Virus record (IMG/VR): IMGVR_UViG_3300031451_000004
Span: 1-60,706 of that record
Source of the DNA: a virus
Lineage: Duplodnaviria; Caudoviricetes
DNA: 60,706 nt
Reading direction: 5' to 3' (one strand)
The position numbers and the translations under genes are program-made. The number at the start of each line of letters is the position of its first letter. Positions within the stretch are counted from its first letter, which is position 1. Of this stretch, positions 38,567 through 48,332 are shown in pieces. The notes below the pieces were generated by a model, which ran no database searches, was not told where the DNA came from, and worked only from the letters and a program-made list of their open reading frames with translations.

Positions 38567-39498
38567 ATTCAATCGATTTAACTCGTTTGTCTGCTATTCC
38601 CGTTCTTGATGGAGGTGCGCACGACGATTTATCAAAAGGTGCCTGCGTTATGGAAGCGGTTGCTTATGTAGCAGGCGAACCATGGTCCGATCATCCCCAA
38701 TGCGTTTGTCCTGTCATAGGTGACTTTCTTCGCTTGTGGAACGATGGACTTTCGGATGATGAGCGAGACACTTTACTGCGCCCGCTGATTTCACTGGTAA
38801 TTGGAACGCGCGGGAATCCCGCTCTGGAGCGGCGACGTGCGATAATGGCGGTTGACTGGCTGGTTCGTTCGTATACGCCGGCGTGGTTGCGTTTGGCTAG
38901 ATTGAACACGCAAGCGAGCGCTCTAGAAAACTTACCCGAGATAACGGATTTTGTTCAGTGTCCGTCCTTGGTATCGACATTGGAAGCGGCGCAATTAGAT
39001 GCAGCCGCTGCCTGGAGCGCTGCCAGGGATGCTGCCTGGGATGCTGCCAAGGATGCTGCCAGGGATTCTGTCTGGGATGCTGCCTGGAGCGCTGCCTGGA
39101 GCGCTGCTAGGAATGCTGCCTGGGATGCTGCCAGGGATGCTGCCAGGGATGCTGCCAAGGATGCTGCCGCGGATGCTGCCTGGAGCGCTGTCAGGGATGC
39201 TGCCTGGAACGCTGCCTGGGATGCTGCCAGGGATGCTGCCAAGGATGCTGCCGGGGATTCTGCCGGGGCCGCTGCCTGGGGCGCTGCCTGGAGCGCTGCC
39301 TGGAGCGCTGCCAGGGATGCTGCCAAGGGTGCTGCCAGGGATGCTGCCGGGGATGCTGCCGCGACCGCTGCCTGGGATGCTGCCTGGAGCGCTGCCTGGA
39401 GCGCTGCCAGGGACAGTCTTAACGTAACTCGCCTTGAGCTTCAGCAATCGGCGCTGAAACTTGTGCATCGTATGATCGCCGCTGGAGATGGCACATGA
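38563..39498 (+). CDS. Phage Ala-rich AAWxAA repeat protein
   Basis: ACVMEAVAYVAGEPWSDHP-C-CP N-terminus, tetrapeptide repeats, AAGGAG RBS. Confidence 0.8.
   Translation: MNSIDLTRLSAIPVLDGGAHDDLSKGACVMEAVAYVAGEPWSDHPQCVCPVIGDFLRLWNDGLSDDERDTLLRPLISLVIGTRGNPALERRRAIMAVDWLVRSYTPAWLRLARLNTQASALENLPEITDFVQCPSLVSTLEAAQLDAAAAWSAARDAAWDAAKDAARDSVWDAAWSAAWSAARNAAWDAARDAARDAAKDAAADAAWSAVRDAAWNAAWDAARDAAKDAAGDSAGAAAWGAAWSAAWSAARDAAKGAARDAAGDAAATAAWDAAWSAAWSAARDSLNVTRLELQQSALKLVHRMIAAGDGT
38999..39412 (+). repeat. 12-bp coding tandem repeat GCTGCC(T/A)GG(GAT/AGC)
   Basis: About 34 units directly visible. Confidence 0.9.
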
Positions 39499-39623
39499 AT
39501 GCTTTTGACATAATGCAAATGTATAAACTCATATACGAGTTGGATGCTCGTGGTATGCGGTCTCTAGCTAATCGGTGCCGAATTCTAGCTTACAAGTCAG
39601 AAGCAGAAGTCATGTGGGTGTAG
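39495..39623 (+). CDS. Small hypothetical protein (42 aa, MNAFDIMQMY...)
   Basis: ATGA overlap with the upstream gene; GGAG RBS. Confidence 0.45.
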   Translation: MNAFDIMQMYKLIYELDARGMRSLANRCRILAYKSEAEVMWV

Positions 39624-39641
39624 AGGCAAAAGATATTATCA

Positions 39642-39974
39642 ATGAACAATCCGGTTAATCATCCTGACCATTACACTTCCCATCCATCAGGTGTTGAATG
39701 TATCCAAATTACCGAGCATATGGGATTTAATTTAGGTAACGCCTTCAAATACATATGGCGTGCCGATATGAAAGCTGGCCTTGAGGATTTGCGCAAAGCC
39801 ACTTGGTATCTTCAACGTGAGATTGCGAAACGCGAAAAGGAAGCCTCACCGGACCAGCACCAATGTCCTGTTCGGGTATATCCAGCTCCCAGAGGTGAAC
39901 AGCAGCTAAATGAGACCTTGCATCCATATCACCCAGAAGGCGAGCCAGAATGGGTAACTCATTGGGGATGCTAA
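39642..39974 (+). CDS. DUF3310 (T7 gp1.7-like nucleotide kinase family) protein
   Basis: VNHPDHY, ECI, GNAFKYIWRA, EDLRKATWYL. Confidence 0.88.
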   Translation: MNNPVNHPDHYTSHPSGVECIQITEHMGFNLGNAFKYIWRADMKAGLEDLRKATWYLQREIAKREKEASPDQHQCPVRVYPAPRGEQQLNETLHPYHPEGEPEWVTHWGC

Positions 39975-39975
39975 T

Positions 39976-40170
39976 TTGACTAACTCTAGGGTAAACAAAG
40001 CCAAGCTCCGCGCCGAACTAACCAGGATTCGACAATCCGTTTTGCCGCGGGTGCCCAAGCTACGGGCCGACATGATCAGGAAGCGGTTGGCAAAAGCCGA
40101 CCGTGCTCTTGAGTTTAATGATGCCGAGGCTATCCGGATAAATTATTTGCTGCTAACCACAATCGTTTAA
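39976..40170 (+). CDS. Hypothetical protein
   Basis: Short ORF within the operon. Confidence 0.45.
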   Translation: MTNSRVNKAKLRAELTRIRQSVLPRVPKLRADMIRKRLAKADRALEFNDAEAIRINYLLLTTIV

Positions 40171-40207
40171 TTTATCGGTTGACAGCCGGCCAGCGCAGTT
40201 TCATGTT
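40166..40207 (+). promoter_or_regulatory. TTTAATTTATCGGTT box, copy 2, overlapping a TTGACA -35
   Basis: TTGACA at 40179-40184, upstream of the ParB-like gene. Confidence 0.55.
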
Positions 40208-40257
40208 CTTGAAGCCGGCGAGGGTGCCGGTCTTTAACCCCGTAAGGACATGCCCCG

Positions 40258-41172
40258 ATGAGTCTCAAGGACGTGGCTTCTGGCCGTAGTGATTTGCTGT
40301 CTATCAACCCGGCTATTATCATGGTCGATCCTTCCTACAACGTTCGCAAGTTTGATCCCGTCAATGATGAAGATGACAAGGGCCTAATTGAAAGCATTCG
40401 CCATAATGGCGTTCGGACCCCGCTAACCATTCGTTTGCTCCAAAATGAAGTTGTCGTGGTGGCAGGCCATCGCCGGCTTGCTGCCGTAAAGCTGCTTTTG
40501 GATGCTGGCGTCGAGATCAAGACACTTCCTTGTATGCCAGAACTGCGCAACACCAGTGATGCAGATCGAGACCTTGACCTCATCACTAGCAACAGCGGCA
40601 AGCCGCTAACTGGTATTGAAAAAGCCATGGTCTACGCTCGGCTGACTAAATACGGTTGGTCAGAGGAACAGATTGCCAAGCGTGTTGGTGTATCGTGGCA
40701 GCATGTGCGCGACATGTTGGCCTTGCATGTCGTGCCAGAGCCGATCAAGGAAATGATCGAAGCTGGTGCGGTGTCTGCTAGCTTGGCAGTCAAGACGGTT
40801 CGCAGCGAAGGCGAAGATGCAACCGAAGTGTTGGAAAAGGCCGTCACAACTGCTAAGGCTGATGGCAAAGCCAAAGTAACACCAAAGGAGCTGGCCAAGG
40901 TCGAGGGCACCAAGGCGGCGGCAAAGAAGGTCGCTAGCGCGAATCCTCAGCCTGTCGCCAAAGAGCCAGAGCCATCTATCCCAGGTGTCACCGCCATTGT
41001 GTCACCAGTCACTACCGACGCCAAAAGCGACGCTCTGACCGCGCTCGACCTCATGGTTAAGAGCCTTGAGAAGATGGAAGTCGACACGCGCATCAATGCC
41101 CGTGCCCGGCTCGCCATTGAGAAGGCACGCATTGCAGTTGGCGATGCGTTCGACATCACCGATCAAAACTGA
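40258..41172 (+). CDS. ParB/RepB/Spo0J-like protein
   Basis: YNVR, SIRHNGVRTPL, VAGHRRL, then HTH GWSEEQIAKRVGVS. Confidence 0.88.
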   Translation: MSLKDVASGRSDLLSINPAIIMVDPSYNVRKFDPVNDEDDKGLIESIRHNGVRTPLTIRLLQNEVVVVAGHRRLAAVKLLLDAGVEIKTLPCMPELRNTSDADRDLDLITSNSGKPLTGIEKAMVYARLTKYGWSEEQIAKRVGVSWQHVRDMLALHVVPEPIKEMIEAGAVSASLAVKTVRSEGEDATEVLEKAVTTAKADGKAKVTPKELAKVEGTKAAAKKVASANPQPVAKEPEPSIPGVTAIVSPVTTDAKSDALTALDLMVKSLEKMEVDTRINARARLAIEKARIAVGDAFDITDQN

Positions 41173-41178
41173 TTTTGA

Positions 41179-41224
41179 GGTGGCCTGCAATTTATGGTTG
41201 CAGGCCACCAACCTTCTTTTTTTT
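41179..41224 (+). terminator. Rho-independent terminator
   Basis: GGTGGCCTGCAA/TTGCAGGCCACC 12-bp stem followed by a T run. Confidence 0.8.
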
Positions 41225-41348
41225 GTGATGGTGTATAGATTAGAACACAAAAACAACTAAGAATTTATCACTTGATTTATGATATACTTTATACCATACC
41301 TGTTGCGTCCAACAGCTTTGTGCCGGATGCAAAAAGAGGTAGGTTTTT

Positions 41349-41894
41349 ATGGATAAAAGTAAATTTACCAGGAATGGTGACACGTTCACACCGAACGACC
41401 TGTTTGTCATTGCCAAAGGCTTGACACAACTTGCAGACCATTTTAGGGAACGTAATGCCCTAGGTAGCAGCACGGAGTATCTGCGGCTGGCGCAGCGGGT
41501 TTACACCGAATATGGCGATTATCATTCGGCGACTGAGTGTCGGAAGAAGATGTTTGAGCAGAACAAAGAAGCTCGGCACAGCGAGGCTGCCAGGATCACC
41601 ACTGCAGTCATGTCATTCGCTGATCAGATGCAGCCCGATACTCTGCAGTTCAAGCGGAAAAACCCAGGCGCCTGGGTTGCTACAGCAGCAGCAACGGCAA
41701 ATAGGCCGACCTTACGCTTTGTGCTCGACAAACAGGGCGACAACTGGATTGCGAAAACCAGCAAGGCTGTGGCAGGCCATGGATTTGTGCCTTACTCGTT
41801 TGACAGCGCATCTACTCTCAAGGGTGCAAAGCTGGCTTGCGAGCGCCGGCTGATCGCGGCCAATGATGAGGCGGCAGATAGGAAGAGAGCCTAG
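41349..41894 (+). CDS. Hypothetical protein
   Basis: GAGGT RBS and its own AT-rich promoter region. Confidence 0.65.
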   Translation: MDKSKFTRNGDTFTPNDLFVIAKGLTQLADHFRERNALGSSTEYLRLAQRVYTEYGDYHSATECRKKMFEQNKEARHSEAARITTAVMSFADQMQPDTLQFKRKNPGAWVATAAATANRPTLRFVLDKQGDNWIAKTSKAVAGHGFVPYSFDSASTLKGAKLACERRLIAANDEAADRKRA

Positions 41895-42619
41895 CGCAAT
41901 CCACCATCTGTTTCGGCATCCTGCTGCGCAGTGGATGGTTTGGCATCTTCAGCTGGAACCAGTGGCACGGGCAGCAGGTGCGCTGGAACGCTATTGTATT
42001 GCATCTCCGTCTTACGTGCCGAGCCAGCGCTTGAACCCAGCCAAAACGCCAGGACGGTCGTATATCCAGTGCCAAGTCCGCCGATCAAAATATTGACCAT
42101 GGCGGTCCGGTTGGCATCCATTTCGCCGTGCGTTAAAATCAGTACGGCAAAGGCAAAAAAGAAACCGACCGTCGCCACGATACTAACTACAGGCGCCACC
42201 CATTGTAGCTTACTCCCCATCTGAGCGTATTGCGCAGAGGTCGCTCGAGCGTTCGCCGTGTCGGCAGTGGCAGTTTGAAAGTCTTTGACTGCAGCTTGAA
42301 TTTCAGCCCGTCGTGTCAGCTCTTTCTGCTCATCAATGTTCTGAGCGATCTTGAGCGCTTCCACATGGAATTTTTGTGCCATGTCTGGACTCGTGACGAT
42401 GGCGGCAGCTTGTGCATCCTCTGTGACTTGACCCGTGATAGCCGCGGCGGCGGCTTGTAGCATAGGCTTAGCGGCTTCTGGCAGCACGACGGATAGGAGA
42501 GACGAGGCAATGCCAATCAAGCCCCCCACGCCCGCTCCTATCGGTCCTAATGCCATTCCTGCGGCAGCACCCTTCACGCCCGCAATTGCCGCCGCCTCCG
42601 CACCCTGTAGAATTGTCAT
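41891..42619 (-). CDS. Holin-like membrane protein (GTA 3TM type)
   Basis: DTANAR, two hydrophobic helices, FWLGSSAGS; follows the endolysin. Confidence 0.7.
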   Translation of the reverse strand: MTILQGAEAAAIAGVKGAAAGMALGPIGAGVGGLIGIASSLLSVVLPEAAKPMLQAAAAAITGQVTEDAQAAAIVTSPDMAQKFHVEALKIAQNIDEQKELTRRAEIQAAVKDFQTATADTANARATSAQYAQMGSKLQWVAPVVSIVATVGFFFAFAVLILTHGEMDANRTAMVNILIGGLGTGYTTVLAFWLGSSAGSARKTEMQYNSVPAHLLPVPLVPAEDAKPSTAQQDAETDGGLR

Positions 42620-43311
42620 TGTGCCCGCGCTTTCGCTAAGCTGGCCTGGTTAAGCGATTCGGTCGGCGTCTCGACAGTCGGGACCATACTCATGTTGCCG
42701 AAAATGTTCTGGAAAAAGAGTCGGACGATTGGTAGGCCGATCAATCCGCCGTTTATCAAGCGTCGCACGCCGGCAATATCGCCGTGATCGGCATACAAAT
42801 TGCAATTGCGTGATTGCCAGTATAGCACTGCTGAGGTGCAGGCGCCGGTTGGGGTCTCAAGAAAAGTCGGCAGCGCTTCTATGCTATCGCGCCAACCGAT
42901 CGATTTGGCGAGCTCGAGGTAATTAGCTTTGAATGTGGTGTTGAATAGCCCGTGTCCCCGGTATCGCCAGCCATCGCCAGTTCCACGGTTGCCGTTTCCA
43001 TAGCGCCCGCCATAGGCGTATTCGGCTATCCTGAACTGATCTGCCGGATGATCGATCGTTCGTCCAACAGCTTGCGCGACATTATTTGGAAAGTGATTTG
43101 GCCACTGAGCTAGCAACGCTGATGGTGTGTAGTTCAGGTTCTCGACCACTTTGGTCAGCATTTGAGTTTCGCAAAGCCCGTTGGCTAAGAACGCAGCAAT
43201 GCGCGGCCCGGTCGTAATGCCCTGGGCCGCGCATGACGCAGAAAGCGGGCCAGCCCATTGCTCGGGCCCCCGCACTCCAATCTTTTTTAAGAAATCGACT
43301 GAGATTAGCAC
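42616..43311 (-). CDS. GH19 endolysin
   Basis: IAAFLA, ENLNY, YGGRYGN, GDGWRYRGHG, INGGLIG. Confidence 0.88.
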   Translation of the reverse strand: MLISVDFLKKIGVRGPEQWAGPLSASCAAQGITTGPRIAAFLANGLCETQMLTKVVENLNYTPSALLAQWPNHFPNNVAQAVGRTIDHPADQFRIAEYAYGGRYGNGNRGTGDGWRYRGHGLFNTTFKANYLELAKSIGWRDSIEALPTFLETPTGACTSAVLYWQSRNCNLYADHGDIAGVRRLINGGLIGLPIVRLFFQNIFGNMSMVPTVETPTESLNQASLAKARAQ

Positions 43312-43808
43312 ACGTTCAACAGGAACGTAATTGCTAGCACCATAGACGTAATCTTGGCCACGTCGCCCTTGGACGGCGGCACATCGCTTACTGTGGCCGT
43401 TGCTTCCCGCCCTGGAGCGGCGATTGCCATAACTGAACTTGTATTGCTAACCGAGACAGACGGATCAGCCGCAAATAGTTTGCCAAGCTCGGCAGAAACG
43501 ATCTGTTGCAGCCCAGCCGCTGTCACACCGCGCTTAGCGATCTGTTCCGCCATTTGATCCTGCAGATACTGCGCACCGGATATGGCAGCAGCAGCGAGGG
43601 CGGACTTGTCGCTGATCACCTTGCCAGCTACTACGAACGATTGGTAGGCCACCCCGCCGGCGCGGGTAATGGCTGCATACCAGCGAACGTCGAGAAGATG
43701 CTCACGGATCAGGAACGCGGCAACTCCCGCAAATGCTGCCAGCACCAAAGGCAAGAAAATCCATCCGAACACTGCAAAACTGAGCATATCAAATTCCTTT
43801 ATCCACAA
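43305..43808 (-). CDS. Membrane-anchored lysis-cassette protein (possible holin)
   Basis: N-terminal transmembrane segment; upstream of the endolysin. Confidence 0.5.
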   Translation of the reverse strand: MWIKEFDMLSFAVFGWIFLPLVLAAFAGVAAFLIREHLLDVRWYAAITRAGGVAYQSFVVAGKVISDKSALAAAAISGAQYLQDQMAEQIAKRGVTAAGLQQIVSAELGKLFAADPSVSVSNTSSVMAIAAPGREATATVSDVPPSKGDVAKITSMVLAITFLLNVC

Positions 43809-44214
43809 CGTCCAATATACTTAATTTCCGCCTTATTACCATTGACATCGCATGTAGGTTGGCGCAGCCCCAACCAAGGAAGAGAATAGAACCTGGCGCC
43901 GTCGAGCCGCTCAAAAAGAAGGAATAGCCAAGTGTAATCCAGAACCATCCGGCTACTCCACATGCAGTTATGCGAGCCCATTTCAATCCAAATGTTACCG
44001 CAGCGATTTGCGTCAATCCAGTAAGGACGGCTGCTAGCTCCCAACGGTTTTCATTTAATACCTTGATTGTTACGGCATAGCTGATACTCCCATAGAGAGC
44101 GTTGTTATGCCAGAAAAGCCAATTGGACCACGCCAGAGCCGTTAGAGCTGACCATAATTCAACCTTGGCGTCCTCCCAACGCAGCAAACGAGATTTCCAG
44201 GAGCATATTCTCAT
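43789..44214 (-). CDS. Multi-pass membrane protein
   Basis: About four hydrophobic segments; ATGA overlap at 44211-44214. Confidence 0.6.
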   Translation of the reverse strand: MRICSWKSRLLRWEDAKVELWSALTALAWSNWLFWHNNALYGSISYAVTIKVLNENRWELAAVLTGLTQIAAVTFGLKWARITACGVAGWFWITLGYSFFLSGSTAPGSILFLGWGCANLHAMSMVIRRKLSILDVVDKGI

Positions 44215-44672
44215 TCTGGCGTATCCAGCCTGGATGGCAGTTTTACAGGTTCTTCCCATGAGAGTTCAGACAAACCGCCTTTGAAACGCAACCCATTCAA
44301 GTCTTGGCGGGCGTTGAATAACGCATATTGCAGAGTGAAAGCCCTGGTTTGCCAGCCACGAGCAATAGTTATCCAGGCATTGACCTCTTTTTCTAAAACA
44401 TCAATTCTGGTGTCCTTGCGAGCCGCTTCTGCGTCGCGCCTGGCAAGCTCAAGTTTCACACGCTCGAATAGCTCTGCAGCTTCCTTGGAAGCTGCAGCGC
44501 GCTGCAAGTCGAGCTCGTGCATTAGCGATTGTTCGCGGACCGTCCCTTCGGTTTTGTTTTTGTCTTTGCGTTCGCGTATTTGCGTCCAGGCAATCCACAA
44601 GCCGCTCGCGGCAGTTGGAATGAATGCCAGAATTGGCACCCACCATGCGCTAGAAGATGCGTTCTCAGACAT
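44211..44672 (-). CDS. Membrane-anchored coiled-coil protein
   Basis: N-terminal TM segment followed by a charged helix. Confidence 0.6.
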   Translation of the reverse strand: MSENASSSAWWVPILAFIPTAASGLWIAWTQIRERKDKNKTEGTVREQSLMHELDLQRAAASKEAAELFERVKLELARRDAEAARKDTRIDVLEKEVNAWITIARGWQTRAFTLQYALFNARQDLNGLRFKGGLSELSWEEPVKLPSRLDTPE

Positions 44673-44710
44673 AAACTAAATTTAGCTTATTCTGGGTAAG
44701 GCCGCGAGCC

Positions 44711-45139
44711 TTAAAACCATTCAACCGTGCGTCGCCACGCGAGATAATAGCCGAGCCCAGCGATAGCAATATACGTTATAGTGCCCGGCACAAAAACCGG
44801 AGCAAGTGCAAAGCACAACCCAATGGCACCATGTGCACTTGCCAGCACTAGGACGGAAATGAATTTTATAACCCGAAATGACGTAAATAGACCAATGAGG
44901 CCGATCGACGTCACAAACAAAAAAGCCATAGCCCAAAAGTTTTCAGATGCAATGTTCGTCATTACAGAAAAATATGGTCGGACAGCAGACGTGTCGGATG
45001 ATAAAGCCAAAACAGCCCCAAACCCACCCATGATCACCGTCAATGTGAAATGGATGGCGTTCTTGGCATCGCACCATCTTTTGGGAACCAGAGATATTGC
45101 GTAATCGACCATGAAATTTGTGGGCGGCGCTGTTAACAC
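44711..45139 (-). CDS. Multi-pass membrane protein
   Basis: About four hydrophobic segments. Confidence 0.6.
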   Translation of the reverse strand: MLTAPPTNFMVDYAISLVPKRWCDAKNAIHFTLTVIMGGFGAVLALSSDTSAVRPYFSVMTNIASENFWAMAFLFVTSIGLIGLFTSFRVIKFISVLVLASAHGAIGLCFALAPVFVPGTITYIAIAGLGYYLAWRRTVEWF

Positions 45140-45154
45140 CGCCCTTCAAATGCT

Positions 45155-45811
45155 TTAGGCGTTCGGGGCAGCCGGAGTGGACGGGTCCACCGAGACTAGC
45201 GCGGACGGAGCATCAGGCGTAGTCGCCTGAACCGGAGTGGGCGCACCCGGAACCGCCGGGTCAACCGCAATTGGAGCAGATGGGCTGACTGGAACAACCG
45301 GAACGGCCGGATCGACAAGCGGCGCTGGCGCACTGGTATCGGGCGGCGGCGGCGATGCCGGATCAACCGGAACCGGAGGAACCATCGGAGCCTGCTCAAC
45401 AGGCGGGGCCTGCACGACAACCGGAGACGGCGCGGTCACCGGAGGCGGAATGTCCAGTGCTTCGATCTTGGCTTCCGCCGCAGTCATCTTGGCAATAACG
45501 CCATCGATAGCTGTTTCCGCCGCAGTGGTATCGACAGGCAGATTGGCAACGGTGCCCTTTACGGCGTCGAGCTGCGCTCGCACATCCGCAAGAGCTTGCA
45601 TCTGCACGGCGTCGCGCTGTGCAGCGCTATCGAGCTTCGCGCTCATCTCATCAGCCTTAGCGGACAGCTCCGCAATCTTCGGGTCGAGTGCCATAAACAT
45701 TTCCTTCATATGTTGAACGTGTTGGTGAAGTCCCCGAACATCGTCGGCGGTCGCAAGGCTAGCTGCATGATCCTTGAAAGCGTGCAACACAGCTAGCAAC
45801 AGATTTTCCAT
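45155..45811 (-). CDS. Coiled-coil protein with a Pro-rich tail
   Basis: Heptad-like N-terminal half; PVDP-rich C-terminal half. Confidence 0.6.
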   Translation of the reverse strand: MENLLLAVLHAFKDHAASLATADDVRGLHQHVQHMKEMFMALDPKIAELSAKADEMSAKLDSAAQRDAVQMQALADVRAQLDAVKGTVANLPVDTTAAETAIDGVIAKMTAAEAKIEALDIPPPVTAPSPVVVQAPPVEQAPMVPPVPVDPASPPPPDTSAPAPLVDPAVPVVPVSPSAPIAVDPAVPGAPTPVQATTPDAPSALVSVDPSTPAAPNA

Positions 45812-45886
45812 GCTTGCCCATCCTTTGCCACAACTAATTACACTCTTGCAGCCTAAAACACAAGGCTGGTAAAGCCTTTGCGCCGA

Positions 45887-46897
45887 TCAGCACGAATAAT
45901 ACTGTGTCGCACTGGTTTGCACAAATCGTTTTGTAGCGCCGGCTGCCAGAACATATGCGGCATTTATCGCTAAAGCGTCAACTCTCGCATTGGAAATTGG
46001 AAATATGTTTGCAGGGTTTGCACCCTGGTTAACCACAAGAATTTCAACACTTTGCCCAGCAGCCGGATTAGTATTTAGCAAACTTGCACCCGAACCAGAT
46101 GCAACTGTTGTTAGTACGTTAACGAGATTAGTAAGAACTAAAGCGGTGGCCTGGGTTGTGCCGGCGGTTGTTAAACCCGTCCCTGTTAGTCTTGCCAACG
46201 AGTTGGCAAGAAGGTTAGTAATGGTGGTCTGTCCAGACGCACGATTAGTTGCCCATGGTTTGTCGATAAACGCGCCTGCGTCGTTAAATCGAGCAAGATC
46301 AATATTTGCGCCAGCGTTACCGCCCGTCTCTGCTGTGCTGTCCACTTCGATAGCCCAGCGCATAATGCCGGCAGTTTGATATAAAAGACCTCGAAATTGC
46401 GCCGTCGCAGTGTTGAGTGTGATGGCTGCCGTCGCCGCCTGCGTGTTTGATCCAACTGTAAAGGATGGATTAGCGGTCGAGCTAAGGTCACTTCCCGCAA
46501 CTACAACATTTGTTCCATCGGCTATGAGATAGGCAGTCAAGCCACTTGCGCAAACAATCCCAGTGCCGGCAGACGTTTTGGCTGTAACAGAGAAGGCACC
46601 CGTGCATCGGTTTACAATGATCCAATTGCCGGTATTCGGCAGCACGACCACCGCAGCGCTGGTGAGCGTGCCCGTAACGATTATGGTATTGTTGCCATAC
46701 TGAGCAGCCGTTAAAGTCGTAGTGCCTCCCGTGGTGTTAACCGTAGTCACGCCACCCTTAACCGTGCTTACAAATGACGTGGTGGCGACTGCGTTGCTGC
46801 TATCTCCTGTCGGCACCGTCGACGTAACGAGAGTGTCGCCCGCAGCGATCTCCTGAACCGCGCGAGCGTCTAGAACAAGTGGTTTGCGATTAGCCAT
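45887..46897 (-). CDS. Tail fibre-like protein
   Basis: GDSSNAVATTSFV, VTGTLT, ADGTNVV and ETGGNAGAN fibre motifs. Confidence 0.7.
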   Translation of the reverse strand: MANRKPLVLDARAVQEIAAGDTLVTSTVPTGDSSNAVATTSFVSTVKGGVTTVNTTGGTTTLTAAQYGNNTIIVTGTLTSAAVVVLPNTGNWIIVNRCTGAFSVTAKTSAGTGIVCASGLTAYLIADGTNVVVAGSDLSSTANPSFTVGSNTQAATAAITLNTATAQFRGLLYQTAGIMRWAIEVDSTAETGGNAGANIDLARFNDAGAFIDKPWATNRASGQTTITNLLANSLARLTGTGLTTAGTTQATALVLTNLVNVLTTVASGSGASLLNTNPAAGQSVEILVVNQGANPANIFPISNARVDALAINAAYVLAAGATKRFVQTSATQYYSC

Positions 46898-46903
46898 CGT
46901 GGC

Positions 46904-47416
46904 TTATGCACGGAGTATCGCAGGCTCCGGATCAAACTGTATGGTGGTTGCGGTCAAAGCCAGTCCGATTTGCTGGAAAGTATGACCAGCAATGGTCGCG
47001 CCCATCGTCGCAGCAGCACCTACAGCGGTATCCGAAAGGAACACGAGTCCTGGCACTTGTCCAGTGACAGCGGTATTGATGCCTTGGAAATACACCAAGC
47101 CAGACGCACCGCTGGCAATCGCACTCAGCACGAAGCCATCGGCTTGCTTGTTCGCGACCGCCCCATCCGCATTGCGGACAGCGAAGGCTCCAGCGTTGCT
47201 CCATATATTCACGAATGCACCGGCCGAAATGGCTTCCGATGCCGTCATGGTAGCGACATCCGCACCGAGCCCGGTTGGCATGAAGCTGATATCAAACCGG
47301 CCCGATCCGTCCAAGGCGGCAACACTACCAGAGCTGCTAACGCCAGCGCTCAACAAGATAGGAACGTACTCTGCCAGCTTGTTGGCAACCAAAGCAATCA
47401 ACCGCTGAGTAGCCAT
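46904..47416 (-). CDS. Virion fibre/decoration-like protein
   Basis: ASEAISAGAFVN...ADGFVL...QQIG pattern. Confidence 0.55.
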   Translation of the reverse strand: MATQRLIALVANKLAEYVPILLSAGVSSSGSVAALDGSGRFDISFMPTGLGADVATMTASEAISAGAFVNIWSNAGAFAVRNADGAVANKQADGFVLSAIASGASGLVYFQGINTAVTGQVPGLVFLSDTAVGAAATMGATIAGHTFQQIGLALTATTIQFDPEPAILRA

Positions 47417-47426
47417 AATTGTTTCC

Positions 47427-48290
47427 TTAATTCAGAAGGATGGAAGGGTTCGGCTGTATTAATAACGCAGTTGGACCGGCGGAAACAGCAATTTGTTGAA
47501 CAATCCCTGCTAACGGGGGTTGCGTCGAGAGGACACCATTCAGACCAACAAAGATCGTGTCATGCGCCTGCCAGGACCAGGACGGCTCAACCAGCAATCC
47601 GGTAACCGCTACCAGGACTGACGTGCCAGCAGACGCGGCTTGCGTCGAAATGCCAGCAAAGGAATAGTATTGGCTTGGATCGGCATGAACCACCGCGCCA
47701 GTGTCATCGAACATAAGCGCTCGGTGCCCGTTGATGTTCGCGCCAGCCAGCATCGGAACGTTCGCACCATTCGCCCTGGAGAACAGGCTAGCAAAGCTTG
47801 TAGAGCCGACAACAGCGTCCTGGCCAGGGCGCACTAGCAATAGAAGGTCATTGGCCTCTGCACCACCTTCTATCGGCGGCATTTGGGTAATTTCGATGGG
47901 GCGGAATGCCGCCGTCACAGCCTGCCCGCCGACCGTCACCGCATCATCAGGGATGACGGGATGCAGGTTGATGATCGGGGCGATGACATTGACGTTTTCG
48001 CGGTTGCCATCTGCCAGGACAAGCCGAAATGAAACAACCGGATAGGTGTTGGGCGTGCCACCTTGAATGGTCAGCCAAACTGTTTTGCTATCAAAGCCAA
48101 ATCCGCCAGTCTGAATTGTAGCATCGGCCAGAACGGATGCGCTGGCGATCGTAGTGCCAGCATCTTTAAGCCATGCGGAGCAATCAAGTCGGCACGTCCG
48201 GATGGTCGTCGGGTCCTGCGACTGCCATGACAGAGCCTGCCCAGCGTAGCGCCGAAGCGGTAAAGCTACTGTATGGAAGATGCCTGCCAT
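47427..48290 (-). CDS. Fibre-tail adaptor fused to a decoration-like domain
   Basis: DP...LDCSAWL...QGGTP adaptor pattern; AGANINGHRAL...WSW C-terminal domain. Confidence 0.55.
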   Translation of the reverse strand: MAGIFHTVALPLRRYAGQALSWQSQDPTTIRTCRLDCSAWLKDAGTTIASASVLADATIQTGGFGFDSKTVWLTIQGGTPNTYPVVSFRLVLADGNRENVNVIAPIINLHPVIPDDAVTVGGQAVTAAFRPIEITQMPPIEGGAEANDLLLLVRPGQDAVVGSTSFASLFSRANGANVPMLAGANINGHRALMFDDTGAVVHADPSQYYSFAGISTQAASAGTSVLVAVTGLLVEPSWSWQAHDTIFVGLNGVLSTQPPLAGIVQQIAVSAGPTALLIQPNPSILLN

Positions 48291-48332
48291 TTCTAGGCTA
48301 CATACGCCAGGAAAACCGTTTGGCGCAACACA

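Noticed and set aside
38955-39468. Alternative-frame ORFs (PGSI, LPGM, AASL repeats)
   Set aside because: Shadow frames of the 12-bp coding repeat.
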